A stretch of DNA of 64,000 nucleotides, taken from the NCBI GenBank assembly GCA_000092065.1, contig CP000593.1; one strand, written 5' to 3'. The stretch's first letter is position 1; every line of letters begins with the position of its first letter. The DNA comes from Ostreococcus lucimarinus. Taxonomy: Eukaryota. A program made the translations under genes and the position numbers. The notes under the pieces were generated by a model. It did not search any database. It was not told the origin of the DNA and saw only the letters and a program-made list of their open reading frames with translations. Shown here one piece after another: positions 61,857 to 64,000 of this stretch.

Positions 61857-61936
61857 TCAATTCCGGCGGCGGCTCGACGACGCGCCGCGGACGCGCGCTT
61901 CGCGTCGCTCGACGCGGTGCGGACGCGGACGACGCT

Positions 61937-62737
61937 ATGATGGACGACGACGACGACGACGACGCGAGCGCGAGCGCGTCGGGACGCGCGGCCGAGGACG
62001 CGCGGTGGCTGGACGAGGACGAGGCGCGACGCGCGCGAGGGGCGACGGCGTCGGCGTCGACGCGACAACGGCGAGCGGCGCGAAGGGAACCGCGAGAGCG
62101 ACGAAACGAGCGACGGGATCGAGGTGGAGCGCGACCGAACGTGCTGGTGCTGACGCAGCGGGATTACGAACGCGTGCTGCCCATCGCGGCGACGGGGGAG
62201 CAATACGGGTACTTTTGGGGGGATAACGATACCGCGTTTCAACGCGTGGGGTTGTCGCTGTTGACGACGGTGTTGACCGCGAATGCGGCGCCGGCGCTCG
62301 CCGTGCCCGCGAGCACGTTTTTTTTGTGGGCACCCGTGGCGTTAGCGGCGCGACGTAACTCAAAGGTGCGAAGCGCTAAATACGCGGGCCTGTGGCGCGC
62401 CAGAGTCATCTCAGTCGAGCCCGTGGAGACGCGCGGGACGTCGAGCGTAGATTGGATGTTTAACCTAGTCGTCGGAGATAGATCCGGGGCGCGAGTACCG
62501 CTGAAAGTTCCTTTAAAAGCGGAGTACGCGGATATCAACGTAGGCGACGACGTCGAGCTCATCGTGACATCAGACGACCCGTACTTTTACACGTTTCAAG
62601 CCGTTCGCGAGGCGTATTTTCCGTTCCTTAACGTCTGGGTGGGCGAGTATCCGTTCCTCGACCGTCGTGGGATGGTGAGCGTGAGCGATCGTTTAGCCGG
62701 GGAAGAGGAGGCGCGTCGCGCCAGGGCGAGAGGATAA
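61937..62737 (+). CDS. hypothetical protein (acidic N-terminus; no recognised domain)
   Basis: The C-terminal 200 aa have ordinary composition (NVLVLTQRDYERVLPIAATGEQYGYFWGDND...VELIVTSDDPYFYTFQAVREAYFPFLNVWVGEYPFLD). The track ORF starts at 61727 and overlaps the MaoC gene. Confidence 0.35.
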   Translation: MMDDDDDDDASASASGRAAEDARWLDEDEARRARGATASASTRQRRAARREPRERRNERRDRGGARPNVLVLTQRDYERVLPIAATGEQYGYFWGDNDTAFQRVGLSLLTTVLTANAAPALAVPASTFFLWAPVALAARRNSKVRSAKYAGLWRARVISVEPVETRGTSSVDWMFNLVVGDRSGARVPLKVPLKAEYADINVGDDVELIVTSDDPYFYTFQAVREAYFPFLNVWVGEYPFLDRRGMVSVSDRLAGEEEARRARARG

Positions 62738-62778
62738 ACTGATAAAAGCGCCGCACTTACACTGCAATAGAACACTAC

Positions 62779-63427
62779 TCACTTCTCGTCCAATTCGTCC
62801 ATCATCTTCTCCAGCTCGCTCGCCGGCATTTCTTCCAAACGCTTTTGCATCACCGCGTTTTCGTACTGTTTAACCATCGTCGAAACGAAACGTCTGAGCG
62901 TCAGTCTTCGGTTCGCGTTTTCTTTCTCCTTCGCGTTTCGTCTCGCGCTCTCGCCTCGTTCGCTTCGCACGCACATCCTTCAACTGCTTCGCGTAAGTCA
63001 TGTCCTTATTGAACACTCGCATGACGTACGACCCCACCCACGCGAGCGTCAATCCGAGCACGAACGTCAACTGCACCGCGTTGCCCGCCTTCGTCGAATC
63101 CATCCCCGCGAACGATTGCAACCCGTAGTACGCCGCGAATCCCGCGCCCGTGACCCCGGTCCCGATCAGCATCACGTCCGCGCGCGTGTACCCGAACGGC
63201 ACGTCGCCTTCATCGTCCGCGGGCGTCGCGCGCGTGCGCGTGGTCTTCCCGACGCGCGGCGATTCCAGCCTTCGCGTCGTCGTCATCGTCTTCGTCGTCG
63301 CGCGCGCGCGCGTCGCGCTCGACCGCGCGGCCGCGAACACGCCGCGCGCGCGTCGCGTCGTCGCGCGTCGCGTCGTCGCGCATCGCGCCGTCGTCGTCGT
63401 CGCGCGCGTCGTCGTCGCGAACGTCAT
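62779..63427 (-). CDS. small membrane protein (presequence plus two TM helices), two exons (63427..62975 and 62865..62779). It is possibly a DUF3007-like plastid protein, a family name recalled from memory and unconfirmed
   Basis: Exon 1 ends ...NKDMTYAKQLKD at a GTGCGT donor. A 109-nt intron follows. The acceptor ttaaacag joins in frame to YENAVMQKRLEEMPASELEKMMDELDEK*. The track lists the two parts as separate ORFs. Confidence 0.5.
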
Positions 63428-63438
63428 CGTCTCGATCG

Positions 63439-64000
63439 ATGATGCGTCGACGAATGGCGCGACGCCGCAGAGCGCGCCTCGCCGCGGGCGCGATGCGCGC
63501 GACGCCGGCGACGCGCGCGAGCGGGGACTCCGAGCGCGGCGCGCGCGACGCGATCGCCGCCGCCGCCGCCGACGCGTCGGTCCCGACGGTCGATGACGCG
63601 AACGACGACGACGACGCGAACGATGTCGACGCCGACGCCGACGCGCGACGCCGACGCGCGGGCGACGACGCGAACGCGTCTCGAGCGACGCGCGCCTCGA
63701 TGACGCCGGCGCGCGCGCTGTACGCGCGCTTCGTCGCCGTGGGCGTGGGGACGCTGTTCCCGTGGAACGTCTTCATCACCGAGCGCGCGTACTTCGCGCG
63801 ACGGTTCGCGAACGATGGCGCGAACGATGGGTCGTTCTTCGCGGCGAATTTCGAAGGGACGTTCGCGAACGCGTACGCGCTGAGCAATCTGATCGGATGC
63901 GCGGGGTTGGTGAAATATGGGGACGCGCGCGGCGCGGCGACGGGTTCGCGAGCGACGGCGAGCGCGCTGGGAATCGCGGCGGTGGGGATATGGACGTGTG
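63439..64000 (+). CDS. equilibrative nucleoside transporter (ENT/SLC29) family, 5' part (the gene continues past the window end)
   Basis: YARFVAVGVGTLFPWNVFITERAYFARRF...FANAYALSNLIGCAGLV matches the ENT TM1-TM2 signature (LLPWN.FITA..YF). The frame stays open to the end of the window. Confidence 0.65.
   Translation, partial: MMRRRMARRRRARLAAGAMRATPATRASGDSERGARDAIAAAAADASVPTVDDANDDDDANDVDADADARRRRAGDDANASRATRASMTPARALYARFVAVGVGTLFPWNVFITERAYFARRFANDGANDGSFFAANFEGTFANAYALSNLIGCAGLVKYGDARGAATGSRATASALGIAAVGIWTC

Noticed and set aside
1-64000. Prokaryotic-type features: CRISPR arrays, operons and mobile-element hallmarks
   Set aside because: The sequence is eukaryotic nuclear DNA, with spliceosomal introns, TGTAA poly(A) signals and eukaryote-specific genes (RACK1, ADA2, BRF1, eIF1A, VPS36). 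No direct-repeat and spacer arrays or transposase-like ORFs were seen.

Overview
The window is gene-dense eukaryotic nuclear DNA with very high GC content, rich in CGACG/GCGCGC low-complexity tracts. It looks like a Mamiellophyceae-type green alga (Micromonas/Ostreococcus-like), inferred from composition and gene content. It carries about 40 protein-coding genes on both strands, roughly one per 1.5 kb. Most are intronless. A few have short spliceosomal introns, with the donor GTGCGT or GTACGT recurring and introns ending in a pyrimidine-rich tract plus CAG. Nothing prokaryotic is present: no CRISPR array and no operons. No rRNA was seen; tRNA genes cannot be excluded by eye. Genes identified from conserved motifs include an ABC1/UbiB kinase, a class-3 lipase, MsrB, an Upf1-like SF1 helicase, a DedA protein, a BASS transporter, a CobW GTPase, an ankyrin-repeat protein, alpha-glucan water dikinase (GWD), a fumarate-reductase flavoprotein fused to cytochrome b5, the bifunctional BIO3-BIO1 biotin enzyme, a CSN7-like PCI protein, RACK1 (two exons; the ORF track misses exon 1), ADA2, tandem rhodanese, a cytochrome-b5 front-end desaturase, STAY-GREEN Mg-dechelatase, FPGS, an asparaginyl-tRNA synthetase, VPS36, eIF1A, a 1142-aa polytopic membrane protein of unknown family, a Qb-SNARE, a DCAF8-like WD40 protein, BRF1, a P5A-type ATPase, a class II CPD photolyase, UDP-glucose 6-dehydrogenase, a PurM-like protein, an LMBR1-like protein, a MaoC dehydratase, a small intron-containing membrane protein, and the 5' end of an ENT nucleoside transporter. 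A caveat on gene starts: the six-frame track over-extends many N-termini through GC-rich, stop-poor sequence, and it sometimes uses GTG as a start. The true starts of several genes are therefore uncertain, and many long Arg/Ala/Asp-rich ORFs on both strands are artefacts. Points worth a second look are listed in the findings. They include a multi-exon gene at 26.0-27.5 kb whose short AT-rich introns share an introner-like motif, and tandem repeats in divergent promoter regions: a 33-bp repeat x4, (TCCG)n and a 9-mer x3 at the DCAF8/BRF1 promoter, and (GAC)17 upstream of ADA2. Further points are the FRD-cytochrome b5 fusion, the unassigned 1142-aa membrane protein, TGTAA poly(A) signals at convergent gene ends, and several apparently missing 5' exons or micro-exons (UDP-glucose dehydrogenase, STAY-GREEN).
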